Source of the DNA: Macrostomum lignano
Lineage: Eukaryota
NCBI GenBank assembly: GCA_002269645.1
Contig: NIVC01000944.1
Coordinates: 62,001 to 126,000 of the forward strand
DNA: 64,000 bases
Direction of reading: 5' to 3'
Below the pieces are notes generated by a model, which did no database searches, had not been told where the DNA came from, and was given only the letters and a program-made list of their open reading frames with translations. The position numbers and the translations under genes were made by a program. This document shows, in pieces, positions 1 to 13,000 of this stretch (positions are counted from its first letter, which is position 1; each line of letters opens with the position of its first letter).

Positions 1-964
1 TCGAAATTTTATTTCCAATCGGCGACAAGATTTTAGCATCGATAAGAGGATTTCGAGTGACTACTCAAATTTTCGAGTCGTGTTTATTTATCGGAACCTA
101 CCTCTTTTTTGTTTGGCACGGGCGGCGGCTTCTCGCTAAAATTAACACCGAATCGCCTTTTCACTTCTCCTGCACTGGCTGTGCCTGCTGAAGCAGGAAT
201 TGGCGTGGATGAGGAGAAATGTGGCGCTGGATGCTGGCTGGCTGGGCGAGAGGCAGAAATAAGAAAAAAGCAAGCCGGCCGCCTTCAGTTCTTTTTTCAC
301 CCTTTTCTATTGATCGATTTTCTGCTTAGACAGAGGCGGGAGGAGCGAGGAGCAATCTTTACTGCGGCGCGCTCGCTCCGCCAGAAACCGGTCAATTTTT
401 CAGAGTGAGAGCAAGAGAGAGAAAGGAACGGCAGAAATTGTCGTCATTAATCAGTTCTCAACTGTCTGCCTGGCAGCAGACCGCCCTCTTCTAGGGGCAA
501 GGATAGATTCTTGGGAGGCGGCGTTCTGGCTTGGCGGATGAGGGGGCTCGGCTCAGGACTGCCGGAGGGCCCTGGCTGATCCCGGGTGCCGAGGTCGAGG
601 CCGGAGTGGCTGGTGGTGTCGCGGAGCGCGCTCAGAAATTGATGTCGCAACCATTAAGATTGAGCCGCTCCCCCAAGGTATTGGAGGGGAGCTAGCAAGC
701 AGATTTGAGGATTTGTTTGTCGGGAAAGTGAGGCTGAGATTGCAGAGTCCGCAGCGGGACGGATTATGCAGCAGATCCTAGGTTGGTTGGCGGTATTACT
801 CATCAGTGCATTCCATGCGGTGCAGCTCTAGTGCAACTTCATAAACTGGCTGGGCATTCATTTTTTCATTTAGGCTCTGGAGATTTAAAAGCAAGCCATT
901 TCCGCTGCTAGCCGTCATCTATCCAGTTGGTTCAGAGAACCAGAGAATAGAGAACCATGAGCTC

Positions 965-1545
965 GTGAGCGGGCTAGCCATCTCAGAGTCAGTCCCAGTT
1001 CCCACTGAGCAGAGCACCAGCAATCTCAGAGTCAGTCCCAGTTCTCACTGAGCAGAGCACTAGCCATCTCAGAGTCAGTCCCAGCCAGTTCCCACTGAGC
1101 AGAGCACTGGCTATCTCAGAGTCAGTCCCAGTTCTCACTGAGCAGAGCACTGGCTATCTCAGAGTCAGTCCCAGTTCTCACTGAGCAGAGCACTAGCCAT
1201 CTGAGAGTCAGTCCCAGCCAGTTCTCACTGAGCAGAGCACTAGCTATCTCAGAGTCAGTCCCAGTTCCCACTGAGCAGAGCACTAGCCATCTCAGAGTCA
1301 GTCCCAGTTCCCACTGAGCAGAGCACTAGCCATCTCAGAATCAGTCCCATTTCCCACTGAGCAGAGCACTAGCCATCTCAGAATCAGTCCCATTTCCCAC
1401 TGAGCAGAGCACTAGCCATCTCAGAGTCAGTCCCAGTTCCCACTGAGCAGAGCACTAGCCATCTGAGAGTCAGTCACAGTTCCCACTGAGCAGAGCACTA
1501 GCCATCTGAGAGTCAGTCCCAGCCAGTTCCCACTGAGCAGAGCAC
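965..1545. repeat. Minisatellite, about 43-bp unit (ctgagcagagcactagccatctcagagtcagtcccagttccca)
   Basis: About 13 tandem copies visible. Confidence 0.95.
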
Positions 1546-3007
1546 CTGATAGAAATTAAGATCGAATCGCAGAGCTTGCTCAGTTTGGATGGAGAGCTTG
1601 GCCCAGGTCGGGATCATCCTAGCTGAGCTCCTCTCGTCTCCGCCACCGATGCCGCATCGATTTCCCCCTTGCGCCGGCTTTTCACTTTTTTCCCGAGTCA
1701 GTGCCGCGGCTCCCGGTTGCGTTACCGACCGCGAGCCGCAGCTCTTGTGCAGCTTCTTGGCCTCGCCGGGGCCCACCTGAGGGAGTTGCTGTGGGTGGAG
1801 AAAGGAAAAATGGCGAGAAAATACCTGCGGATAGTAATAGACAGGCTGATGGATTGATTTTAGATAGATGGGGATTTTGCCCCGGGCGCTGTATTTCCCC
1901 TCTCCCTGCCTCTCAGGTGAGCTGGTGGGCCGGGGTCGGGTCGGGCCCACCCCAGTGCGTGTTTGCTCACTTCTGCTCGCAACTTTCTCCTGGCTGGCTG
2001 GCCGACCAGCCGGGATTTCTGGCCGCATAGATCTGCAGCCGGCCTCCGGTAATGAATTTTTGCATATTGCGGTGCGCAGCTTATTGTAGCCGCCGTGCTG
2101 ATTGGCACCCCCAGTGGCAGTCACCGCCGCTAATGGGGGGGGGCGCGAAGTCCCTTCGGTTTGTTTTCGCAGGGGTAAAGGACAGGAGAGAGTAGGGAAC
2201 GCTGCGCTCCATCCCGTCGTTACCCTCATCTCCTCACCCCATGCTTACAAAGCTGACTGACTGACCAACTCGCTTTCCTACTCAGCCCGGATTTTGTCAT
2301 CTCGGAGATTCGTCCCTCACTGGCCGGGTTTATTATTCTGCATCCTCCTTGTGTGCGGGACTCAGCCCGCCTTGCTGAGTTCTGGCTGGTGCGTGGGAGA
2401 GTGCCGCGCCCTGCTGTTTCAGGAAGCCAAGTTGTTGGAACTCGGGAGCTCAGCTACTCGAGATAAATAGAAAATTCATCTTGAAAAAAAGCCATCAAAA
2501 TTCTCAGAATGGTTCGCGATTTAAGCAAGCAAAGAATATAATTTAGACATGGCAGATCGCACAGCCGCTGCAATGACACGGCGCAGCTTGTACAGTGCCA
2601 AGACTGGTTATCTCTGAGGCTGAGCTCAGGGTCACTTAAGTTGTAACTGCGTACTAACCGCGGCCAGCTCTGCTTAACCTGTAGCTCCCATGTCCGCAAA
2701 AACTACACCAATCGAATTTAGTACTTCCGGTGTGTCTCGGTGGACACGTCTCCCATTCATACGAGCATACATGGGGAGTTTTTTGAGCCGCGGCTGTTGG
2801 AGAAAACTTCTTTCAAGATGCGGAAGGGGATGGTGAGGATTCTGCCAAGTACAGCTGCTACACTTGAGTGGGATTGATAATGAAAGGGAATAATAGGTGT
2901 GTGAACTGGGCCTCGCGGGCGCGTTGATACGCTGCAGCCTCCTACCCCCTGCCTTCTCCCTTTCCATCCTCTGAATCCTTTTCTTCCTCCTCGTCATCAT
3001 GGCGTCG

Positions 3008-3017
3008 GTCACGTGAC
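3008..3017. promoter_or_regulatory. Palindromic E-box/CLEAR-type motif GTCACGTGAC in a CpG-rich putative promoter
   Basis: Exact motif in the sequence. Function is inferred only from the MiT/TFE and USF consensus. Confidence 0.35.
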
Positions 3018-3849
3018 TGCGCTAGTGTTTCAAGGCCGCCCCAACCCCCCCTCCGGAGTGGCGATTTTGCAGCAGATTTTGAAACTGCGGTGGCGATGGC
3101 GAACGGTGGCGCGCGGCGCCGACTGAGTAATCAATGGCACTGAATGCACACCGCCCGGCCCGTGTGCCTGCGCCTTTTGAACTTGCGGGATCCGGGCTGA
3201 ACTGAAAACTGGGCCGGGCGTGGAATCCAGTCGTGCCTCAGCGCAGACTTGGTGTCTCCGTTTCTTTCTCTTTTTCTACTTTCTGATGCTTTTTTCCTTC
3301 ATGGAATTCTCCTCTCCCGCAGTTCCCGCCTTGCCCGCCCCGTGAGCTGTCGCGCGGGCATTTTTTTGCCGTCCGCCTCCCCGCCTTCGCCCTGTTTCTG
3401 CTTTCGGTCTTGCTGGCTCATGCGGCGTCTGCCGCGGGGCACTGAAGCTTGGGGTTGGGAGGAACATTGATGGATTAAAGCTTTCATGGCCAATGTCAAC
3501 TTTGCGATGCCATTATCTTTGTTTGGCTGCTGTCCTGGACGCCCCACTCCCCGCGGATTGCCGAGCCGAGCGGGAATTTGCTTAATTCAGCTCACTTTTC
3601 AATTATTGCTTTGCCTCGTGTCCCGCTGCCTCGCGCACGTTCAATATTCAGGGCGTGCGTGCAACAGAAACGGCCTAGCGGGTTTCCTACCTGTCTGGCT
3701 TTGCTCAACTCCCGGCCGAGTGAGACCAGTCCGTGTGCGGCTGACATTTTATAAAGCCTGCAGTATTTGAATGAGTTCAAAATGCACTCCCCCTCATTCT
3801 TAATCCCGCAAATCCAACCTTTGCAACCCAACCCCGAATTCCTAACTTA

Positions 3850-4205
3850 TGAACTCCCAGAGTTCCCAGCCCCTGAACTCCCAACCACTGAACTCCCAAC
3901 CACTGAACTCCCAACTCCTGAACTCCCAATTCCTGAACTCCCAACTCCTGAACTCCCAACTCCTGAACTTCCAACTCCTGAACTCCCAACTCCTGAACTC
4001 CCAACCACTAAACTCCCAACTCCTGAACTCCCAACTCCTGAACTCCCAACTCCTGAACTCCCAACCACTGAACTCCCAACTCCTGAACTCCCAACTCCTG
4101 AAATCCCAACTCCTGAAATCCCAACCACTCAACTCCCACCTCCTGAACTCCCAACCACTCAACTCCCAACTCCTGAACTCCCAACTCCTGAAATCCCAAC
4201 CCTTG
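3850..4205. repeat. Minisatellite, 15-bp unit (cctgaactcccaact)
   Basis: Tandem copies; source of the spurious PELPT and SWEFR ORFs. Confidence 0.95.
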
Positions 4206-4824
4206 AATCCAAGCATCCGATGTGCCAACTCCCTAAATCCTAGGCTATGAAATCCCATTTCTGATTCCATTAATTCCCCAGCCGTCCGGTTACCATGAAA
4301 CCAGAGTCGAGAACCCCACTAGCTGCTAAGGCTGCGGCAATCTTCCCTTCATTCGACTATTGCAGATTTATAATAACTGTATTCAAGCTCTTTTATCGCC
4401 TTAAAATACTCCTGGGGAGGGCAGCGGTCTCTCCCGCTCTCCTGCCTACCCTTACCAATTTTAAGTTGAATTCGCCCATAAATCCCTTTTCCTCTAATCT
4501 CTTGTGCCTTTATGGCTCTATACTTCTTATTCTCCTGCTCACACGATCCACTGCGACCATCTCTATCTGTCCATCCTCATCTCCGCTCCTCTCCAGCCTC
4601 ATTCACTCAAATCCCTGCCCGGGCCCGGGTCGCAGCGCTGCCATAAATTCCCAGCTCAGGCCGCCCCCCCCCCTGGAGTCCCCATTCAGAGTGTCCGGCC
4701 GAATTCTCGACGGCTCAGTCTAATTGAATTTCCTTCACAGCTCCCAGCTCTCCGCTCTCTCTGCTCAATCTGTGAGTCCGCGGCTGCAGCGATTTGCTGG
4801 TGTAAGTCTGAGCTTCCCGCCCCT

Positions 4825-6095
4825 GCCTGTCCCCTGCCAGCGTGAACTCTGCAGCTGCCACTCCAAGCCTGCGAGCTCTCGTCTGCCCCCCCCCCCCTGC
4901 CAGCGTGAACTCTGCAGCTGCCACTCCAAGCCTGCGAGCTCTCGTCTGCCCCCCCCCTGCCAGCGTGAACTCTGCAGCTGCCACTCCAAGCCTGCGAGCT
5001 CTCGTCTGCCCCCCCCCCCCTGCCAGCGTGAACTCTGCAGCTGCCACTCCAAGCCTGCGAGCTCTCGTCTGCCCCCTGCCAGCGTGAACTCTGCAGCTGC
5101 CACTCCAAGCCTGCGAGCTCTCGTCTGCCCCCACCCCCTGCCAGCGTGAACTCTGCAGCTGCCACTCCAAGCCACCGGTCTCTGGTCTGCCTCCCACTCC
5201 AAGCCACAGGGCTCTGGTCTGCCTCCCACTCCAAGCCACAGGGCTCTGGTCTGCCTCCCACCCCCTGCCAGCGTGAACTCTGCAGCTGCCACTCCAAGCC
5301 ACCGGTCTCTGGTCTGCCTCCCACTCCAAGCCACAGGGCTCTGGTCTGCCTCCCACTCCAAGCCACAGGGCTCTGGTCTGCCTCCCACTCCAAGCCACAG
5401 GGCTCTGGTCTGCCTCCCACTCCAAGCCACAGGGCTCTGGTCTGCCTCCCACTCCAAGCCACAGGGCTCTGGTCTGCCTCCCACTCCAAGTCCAAGCCAC
5501 AGGGCTCTGGTCTGCCTCCCACTCCAAGCCACAGGGCTCTGGTCTGCCTCCCACTCCAAGCCACAGGGCTCTGGTCTGCCTCCCACTCCAAGCCACAGGG
5601 CTCTGGTCTGCCTCCCACTCCAAGCCACAGGGCTCTGGTCTGCCTCCCACTCCAAGCCACAGGGCTCTGGTCTGCCTCCCACTCCAAGCCACAGGGCTCT
5701 GGTCTGCCTCCCACTCCAAGCCACAGGGCTCTGGTCTGCCTCCCACTCCAAGCCACAGGGCTCTGGTCTGCCTCCCACTCCAAGCCACAGGGCTCTGGTC
5801 TGCCTCCCACTCCAAGTCCAAGCCACAGGGCTCTGGTCTGCCTCCCACTCCAAGTCCAAGCCACAGGGCTCTGGTCTGCCTCCCACTCCAAGTCCAAGCC
5901 ACAGGGCTCTGGTCTGCCTCCCACTCCAAGTCCAAGCCACAGGGCTCTGGTCTGCCTCCCACTCCAAGTCCAAGCCACAGGGCTCTGGTCTGCCTCCCAC
6001 TCCAAGTCCAAGCCACAGGGCTCTGGTCTGCCTCCAACTCCAAGCCACAGGGCTCTGGTCTGCCTCCCACTCCAAGCCACAGGGCTCTGGTCTGA
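4825..6095. repeat. Compound minisatellite: about 60-bp unit grading into a 29/35-bp unit (ccactccaagccacagggctctggtctgcctc)
   Basis: Two unit types share the core ccactccaagcc and interdigitate at 5150-5310. Confidence 0.95.
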
Positions 6096-6777
6096 CAGCT
6101 TCAAGCCTCTGACTGGGACTGATCGCTGACCAGGTAGACCGCTGTCGTTGTTCGCTGGCTTCAGTCACAGTGAATCTTCCCTGTTCGAATCCTTCTGTCT
6201 TGTTGCTCGCATCTGAGCCTCGTTGCTCTCCCCATTCCCCCTTCATCCCGCCATGGGGCCGATCTGTCTATTGAATTCCCCACGGGAGCCGGCTTGGCTC
6301 AAGTCTGCAGTCCCGTCGCCACCCCCTCATCTCTATCGTTCTCCCGGTCCCCTGCCGACTCTACTCGCCCACGCAGCTGAGCTGAACTCTTGGCTCTCCG
6401 GCGCAAAAATCTTTTTTGTATGAAATTTTCAGCATCCGCGACTTCGCTAGCAGTTTTTATTCCGCGCAGAGATTTATTGCTTTAAGGAGCTTTGGAGACG
6501 CCCCGGCGTGTTCTCAAGCTGAGGCGACTTATTTATTTCATATTTTAGATTTCACTGAGCCTATTAATTTAAAATTGCTGATTGTTTTTACTTTTTATTT
6601 AGAAGACCGCGAAAAAACAAGTTTTTTTGATTAAAATTTCATGCTTAGCACGTTCCCTGCTCATTCAGCTCGGCATTACTGTCGGCCTTATTAACTTCAG
6701 CCGTTTTTGCTTTTTAGTTGCTGTCCTTTTCGCGTGGTTATTTGTCTCCTATTTGTCTGAGTGGATATCTGCCACAT

Positions 6778-7010
6778 TGGTACTTGTCTCACGGGTACTT
6801 GTCTCATGGGTACTTGTCTCATAGGTACTTGTCTCATGGGTACTACTTGTCTCATGGGTACTTGTCTCATGGGTACTTGTCTCATGGGTACTTGTCTCAT
6901 GGGTACTTGTCTCATGGGTACTTGTCTCATGGGTACTTGTCTCATAGGTACTTGTCTCATAGGTACTTGTCTCATGGGTACTTGTCTCATAGGTACTTGT
7001 CTCATTGGTA
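6778..7010. repeat. Minisatellite, 15-bp unit (gggtacttgtctcat), just upstream of the first dystroglycan coding exon
   Basis: About 15 tandem copies. Confidence 0.95.
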
Positions 7011-7078
7011 CCCCCACCTGTCAAATCCACCATCTCCATCCAGGCGCAGCCTCTCCAAAGTCCGCCCCGCGTCTGGCA

Positions 7079-10000
7079 ATGCCGCCAGCGACGTGGCTGC
7101 TCCGGCTGCTCCTGTCGCTGCCGCTGCTGCTGTCCGTCTTCGTGGCCGCATCGACAGCCGACGGCTCTGGCGGGAGCGGATTGCGGCTTCGCGCTCGCGT
7201 CGGCCGCGTCTTCATCCGTCGGCCACCGTCGCCGCCGCCGCCGCGTACCGAGGTGCCGTCTCCGCTGCCGGCCTGGCTGTACTTTAATTCCAGTCTGGGC
7301 GTTGTTGAAGGCGTCCCCCTTGCCGGGGATGTCGGGGTGCACCTTGTGCCGGCTCTGGGCGCCACTGTCGAGGTGCTGGACGGCCCGGCTGCCGGCAACG
7401 CCACCGGCGGCTGCTCCTGGCGGCACCCCACGATGGCCGCTGTGCTTGTCGACGCCGACCCACGCCAGCTGGGACCGGCCGGGCTCTGTCGCCTACTGCG
7501 GGACCTGTCGCTGCGGCTGAGGGTCCGTATCGCGTCGCTTGAGGTGAGCTGGGGGCCGGCTGAGATGGGCTTGCAGTCCATTCGATTTGGATCCCAGATA
7601 TTGGGATTTTAGGGGGCTGGGAGTGTAGGGGTGAGGATTCAGGTTGAAGATTCATGGGTGAGGATTCAGAGAAGGGGATTCAGGTTGTGGGGATTCGGTT
7701 GGTGGAGATTCAGGTGGTGGGGATTCAGGTGGTGGGGATTCAGATGGTGGGGATTCAGGTGGTGGGGATTCAGGTGGTGGGGATTCAGGTGGTGGGGATT
7801 CAGGTGGTGGGGATTCAGATGGTGGGGATTCAGGTGGTGGGGATTCAGGTGGTGGGGATTCAGGTGGTGGGGATTCAGGTGGTGGGGATTCAGGTGGTGG
7901 GGATTCAGGTGGTGGGGATTCAGGTGGTAGGGATTCAGGTGGTGGGGATTCAGGTGGTAGGGATTCAGGTGGTAGGGATTCAAATTTGTTGGGCATCAAA
8001 CTCCCAAAGCAAGTTCGCTCTCAAAGCTCGCCGCTGGTCTCCGCTGCCCAGGTGTCGCCCGATCGAACCGCTGTCAGCGGCGGCCAGGCGGCTCGGCCCC
8101 CGCTGTACATGCTAGCCAGCGGGCCTGGCAGCGCCAACGTGCGCCGAACAGCTGGCGCCCTGGTCACCTGGCAGGTGGGCTGCGGCTCCATCGATGCCCG
8201 CCACCTGCTGGCGCTGGAGCGACTGGAACGGCTGGCGATGACAGGCGACCTGACGGGCTGGCCGGTGCTGCTGTGGTACGTGGCCGACCGGCTGGACTCG
8301 CCCGCCTACTGGCGCCCCGGCGACTCCCCAGCCGCTGGCATTCGCCTGCGCCGGGACATCGCCGGCAACCTGCTGCTGGCCGGCCGGGTCGGCGCCGCGG
8401 ACGCTGAGGGCTCCGGGGCCTTCCTGCCGCCGCAGTACGCGGGCGGCGTCGGCCAATCAGGTGGCGGCGGCGCTGCCGGGACAACAGCATCAACTTCTTC
8501 TTGGGCCGGGTAATTTGGGGTGCATAATTTTCAGGTTGGAGATTATACATGCTTTCCATGCCTTTATTTTATACTGCGATTCTGTATTAATAATTAATTT
8601 TCAGTTCGACCATCCCCGTGCGAACAATCGAACTGCCGTCGGCACCCACGACTGATCCCGCCAGGTGAGTGCCTTCCGGTATTCGAGAATGGGATCAGAT
8701 TCGAGCATGGGATCAGATTCGAGCATGGGATCAGATTCGAGAATGGGATCAGATTCGAGCTTGGGATCAGATTCGAGAATGGGATCAGATTCGAGAATGG
8801 GATCAGATTCGAGAATGGGATCAGATTCGAGCATGGGATCAGATTCGAGAATGGGATCAGATTCGGGCATGGGATCAGATTCGAGCATGGGATCAGATTC
8901 GAGCATGGGATCAGATTCGAGCATGGGATCAGATTCGAGCATGGGATCAGATTCGAGCATGGGATCAGATTCGAGCTTGGGATCAGATTCGAGCATGGGA
9001 TCAGATTCGAGCATAGGATCAGATTCGAGCATGGGATCAGATTCGAGCATGGGATCAGATTCGAGCATGGGATCAGATTCGAGCATGGGATCAGATTCGA
9101 GCTTGGGATCAGATTCGAGCTTGGGATCAGATTCGAGCATGGGATCAGATTCGAGCATGGGATCAGATTCGAGCTTGGGATCAGATTCGAGCTTGGGATC
9201 AGATTCGAGCATGGGATCAGATTCGAGCATGGGATCAGATTCGAGCTTGGGATGAGATTCGAGCATGGGATCAGATTCGAGAATGGGATCAGATTCGAGC
9301 ATGGGATCAGATTCGAGAATGGGATCAGATTCGAGAATGGGATCAGATTCGAGAATGGGATCAGCTTCGAGAATGGGATGAGATTCGAGCATGGGATCAG
9401 ATTTGAGCTTGGGATCAGATTCGAGAATGGGATCGGATTCGAGCATGGGATCAGATTCGAGCTTGGGATCAGATTTGAGCTTGGGATCAGACTTAGGAAC
9501 TCCTAAGCCTAAAAGTCCCACTCGAACTACTTTCACTAGTCTAACAAGTTCGACTGCTCCGCCGACAACCACAACGCCCGGCCTGCCGTTGCGCCGCGCC
9601 AATCAGGAGTTCGGCAGCCGGCAGTACCTGTTCCCGGTGGACCAGGTCACCCGGGTGCCGGTGCCGAGGGACACCGTGCTGGAGCGGGCTACCGGTCGCG
9701 GCCTGGAGGCGCTGGCGAGCTCCGTGCAGAACTGCGGCACGTTGAACAGCCTGTCAGACTTTGGCCGCTACGACCCCGCCAAGCTGCAGTTGGTTGGCCG
9801 GCCGACGCGCCGGCACATCGGCGTGGCGCTGAGCTGCCGCCTGGTGGTGGAGGACAGGGCGGGCGCCAGGATCTTCATCGGCTTCAACGTGCGCGTGCCC
9901 GAGCCGCTGCCACCGGTGCCGCTGCCGCAGCAGCAGACTTTCAGCTTCAGCCTGGGCCTGCCGTTCAGCGAGGTGACTAGAGTGGAGTCGAGTTTTTGTT

Positions 10001-13000
10001 CCTTTAAAGAATTTCCGAGTAGAAAGTACGCTTGAATCTACTTTGCACTTTATTAAAATCATCGTATTTAAAATTTCGTAAATAGAATTACTCGCTTGCA
10101 GTTTCCTAGAATCCCTCACTTACACTTTCCTAGAATCACTCGTTTGCAGTTTCCTAGAATTACTCATTTGCCATTTTCTAGAATCACCCATTTGCACTTT
10201 TCTAGAATCACTCATTTGCAGTTTCCTAGAGTCATTCATTTGCAGTTTCCTAGAAACACTCATTTGCAGGTTCCTAGAATCACTCATTTGCAGGTTCCTA
10301 GAATCACTCATTTGCAGGTTCCTAGAGTCATTCATTTGCAGTTTCCTAGAATCACTCATTTGCAGGTTCCTAGAGTCATTCATTTGCAGTTTCCTAGAAA
10401 CACTCATTTGCAGGTTCCTAGAATCACTCATTTGCAGGTTCCTAGAATCACTCATTTGCAGGTTCCTAGAGTCATTCATTTGCAGTTTCCTAGAATCACT
10501 CATTTGCAGGTTCCTAGAGTCATTCATTTGCAGTTTCCTAGAAACACTCATTTGCAGGTTCCTAGAATCACTCATTTGCAGTTTCCTAGAATCACTCATT
10601 TGCAGGTTCCTAGAAACACTCATTTGCAGGTTCCTAGAATCACTCATTTGCAGGTTCCTAGAATCACTCATTTGCAGGTTCCTAGAGTCATTCATTTGCA
10701 GTTTCCTAGAATCACTCATTTGCAGGTTCCTAGAGTCATTCATTTGCAGTTTCCTAGAAACACTCATTTGCAGGTTCCTAGAATCACTCATTTGCAGTTT
10801 CCTAGAATCACTCATTTGCAGGTTCCTAGAATCACTCATTTGCAGGTTCCTAGAATCACTCATTTGCAGTTTCCTAGAGTCATTCATTTGCAGTTTCCTA
10901 GAATCACTCATTTGCAGGTTCCTAGAGTCATTCATTTGCAGTTTCCTAGAATCACTCATTTGCAGGTTCCTAGAATCAATCATTGGCAGGTTCCTAGAAT
11001 CACTCATTTGCAGGTTCCTAGAATCACTCATTTGCAGGTTCCTAGAATCACTCATTTGCAGTTTCCTAGAATCACTTATTTGCAGTTTCTTAGAATCACT
11101 CGTTTTCGGTCTGTGATGTTATTTCCTAGAACCGCGTATTTTCCATTTCTCACCGCCAGGTCATCCGCCCGGACCGCTTCTTCGCAGACGCCTCAGAGCA
11201 GAACCTGACCGTGTGTGTCTCTCTGGTTCCCGACGACTGCAGCAAAGACTTTGCAGTCAATTCCAGCGTGCAGTTCAACCGGACTTCTGGGTCTTTGTAC
11301 GGCCTGGTCTGGCAGAGAGATGACAGTGTCGGGCCAATCATCAGCATGGAGGTCTTTGTTGTTGGGATTAGCAAGTGAGATTCAAACTAATATGCCTTTG
11401 TTGTCGCAAGACTGAAAGCGATTTTGAAATGTCTGTGTAGCCAAGACTGGGTGGTCAGTAGTGTCTGGGTAGTCAGGAGGATCTGAGTAGTCAATCAGGA
11501 GTGTCTGGGTAGTCAATCAGGAGTGTCTGGGTAGCCAGGAGTGTCCGGGTAGCCAAGACTGGGTGGTCAATAGTGTCTGGGTAGTCAGGAGTGTCTGGGT
11601 AGCCAGGACTGGGTAGTCAGGAGTGTCCGGGTAGTCAGGAGTGTCCAGGTAGTCAAGACTGGGTGGTCAGGAGTGTCCAGGTAGCCCAGACTGGGTGCTC
11701 AGGAGTGTCTGGGTACTCAGGAGTGTCTGGGTAGTCAGAAGTGTCTGGGTAGTCTGGAGTGTCCGGGTAGTCAGGAGTGTCTGGGTAGTCAGGAGTGTCT
11801 GGGCAGCCAAGACTGGGTGGTCAGTAGTGTCTGGGTAGTCAGGAGTGTCCGGGTAGTCAGGAGTGTCTGGGTAGTCAGGAGTGTCCGGGTAGTCAGGAGT
11901 GTCTGGGTAGTCAGGAGTGTCTGGGTAGTCAGGAGTGTCCGGGTAGTCAAGACTGGGTGGTCAGGAGTGTCCGGGTAGCCCAGACTGGGTGCTCAGGAGT
12001 GTCTGGGTACTCGGGAGTGTCTGGGTAGTCAGGAGTGTCCGGGTAGTCAGGAGTGTCTGGGTAGTCAGGAGTGTCCGGGTAGTCAGGAGTGTCCAGGTAG
12101 TCAAGACTGGGTGGTCAGGAGTGTCCAGGTAGCCCAGACTGGGTGCTCAGGAGTGTCTGGGTACTCAGGAGTGTCTGGGTAGTCAGAAGTGTCTGGGTAG
12201 TCAGGAGTGTCTGGGTAGTCAGGAGTGTCTGGGTAGTCAGGAGTGTCTGGGTAGTCAGGAGTGTCCGGGTAGCCAGGAGTGTCCGGGTAGTCAGGAGTGT
12301 CTGGGTTAGTCAGGAATGTCTGGGTAGTCAGGAGTGTCCGGATCAGTCACGTGATCTTCAGTGCCTCCTAAAAATGGATATCCGCCCCGCCCGGCCCAGG
12401 TACGGCAAGGCCAGCAGCATCCGCGCTGCGGTGGAGATCAATCAGAACTACGTGAAGCCGGAGTGGGTGAACCACGTCTACACTCTGTTCGTTGACGGGC
12501 CCTCTGAGTACATCGACAGGCTGACCAGCAGCACGGCGCTGCTGTACAGCACTGTGAGCCGGCTGAACGACTTCTTCTTGGCCTCCGTGTTCAACTCCAC
12601 CTACCGCATCGACAGCCAGATCCACCTGCGCCGGCTGCTCCGCCCTGCTGGCACCTCGCGCAGCCTGCAATTCGACTTCGGCTACACCAGGAACTACGGC
12701 CGACTCTACTGCCCGCGCATGTCCATCATCGAGCTGGCCAAGGCCATGTACCTGCACTGTCCCGACCGGCCGAAGAGGCCCCGGCCAGAATTCTCGGCCA
12801 TCCTGCTGCCGCTGCAGCCCACCGACCTGACTGTCACCCCTCTGGACACCTGCACGAGCAGGCCGGACTACAGCTTCATGAGGTGGGCGCTTTCTAAATC
12901 AGTCATGCACTAGCAATTTTTGTTTCGTATGGCTGATATGTAAATTTAGCTAATGCCATCCACTCACTCACTCACTTACTCCATCACTCACTCACTCCCA

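Noticed and set aside
3767-6246. Long ORFs (PELPT, SWEFR, WEADQSPVA repeats and similar)
   Set aside because: Open in several frames and on both strands because the repeat units lack stops; no unique coding flanks or domain motifs.
8601-11208. 333-370 aa repeat ORFs ([14 protein letters not shown])
   Set aside because: They lie inside dystroglycan introns bounded by good GT-AG sites. The GSDSSM frame is interrupted by TGA at 9253.
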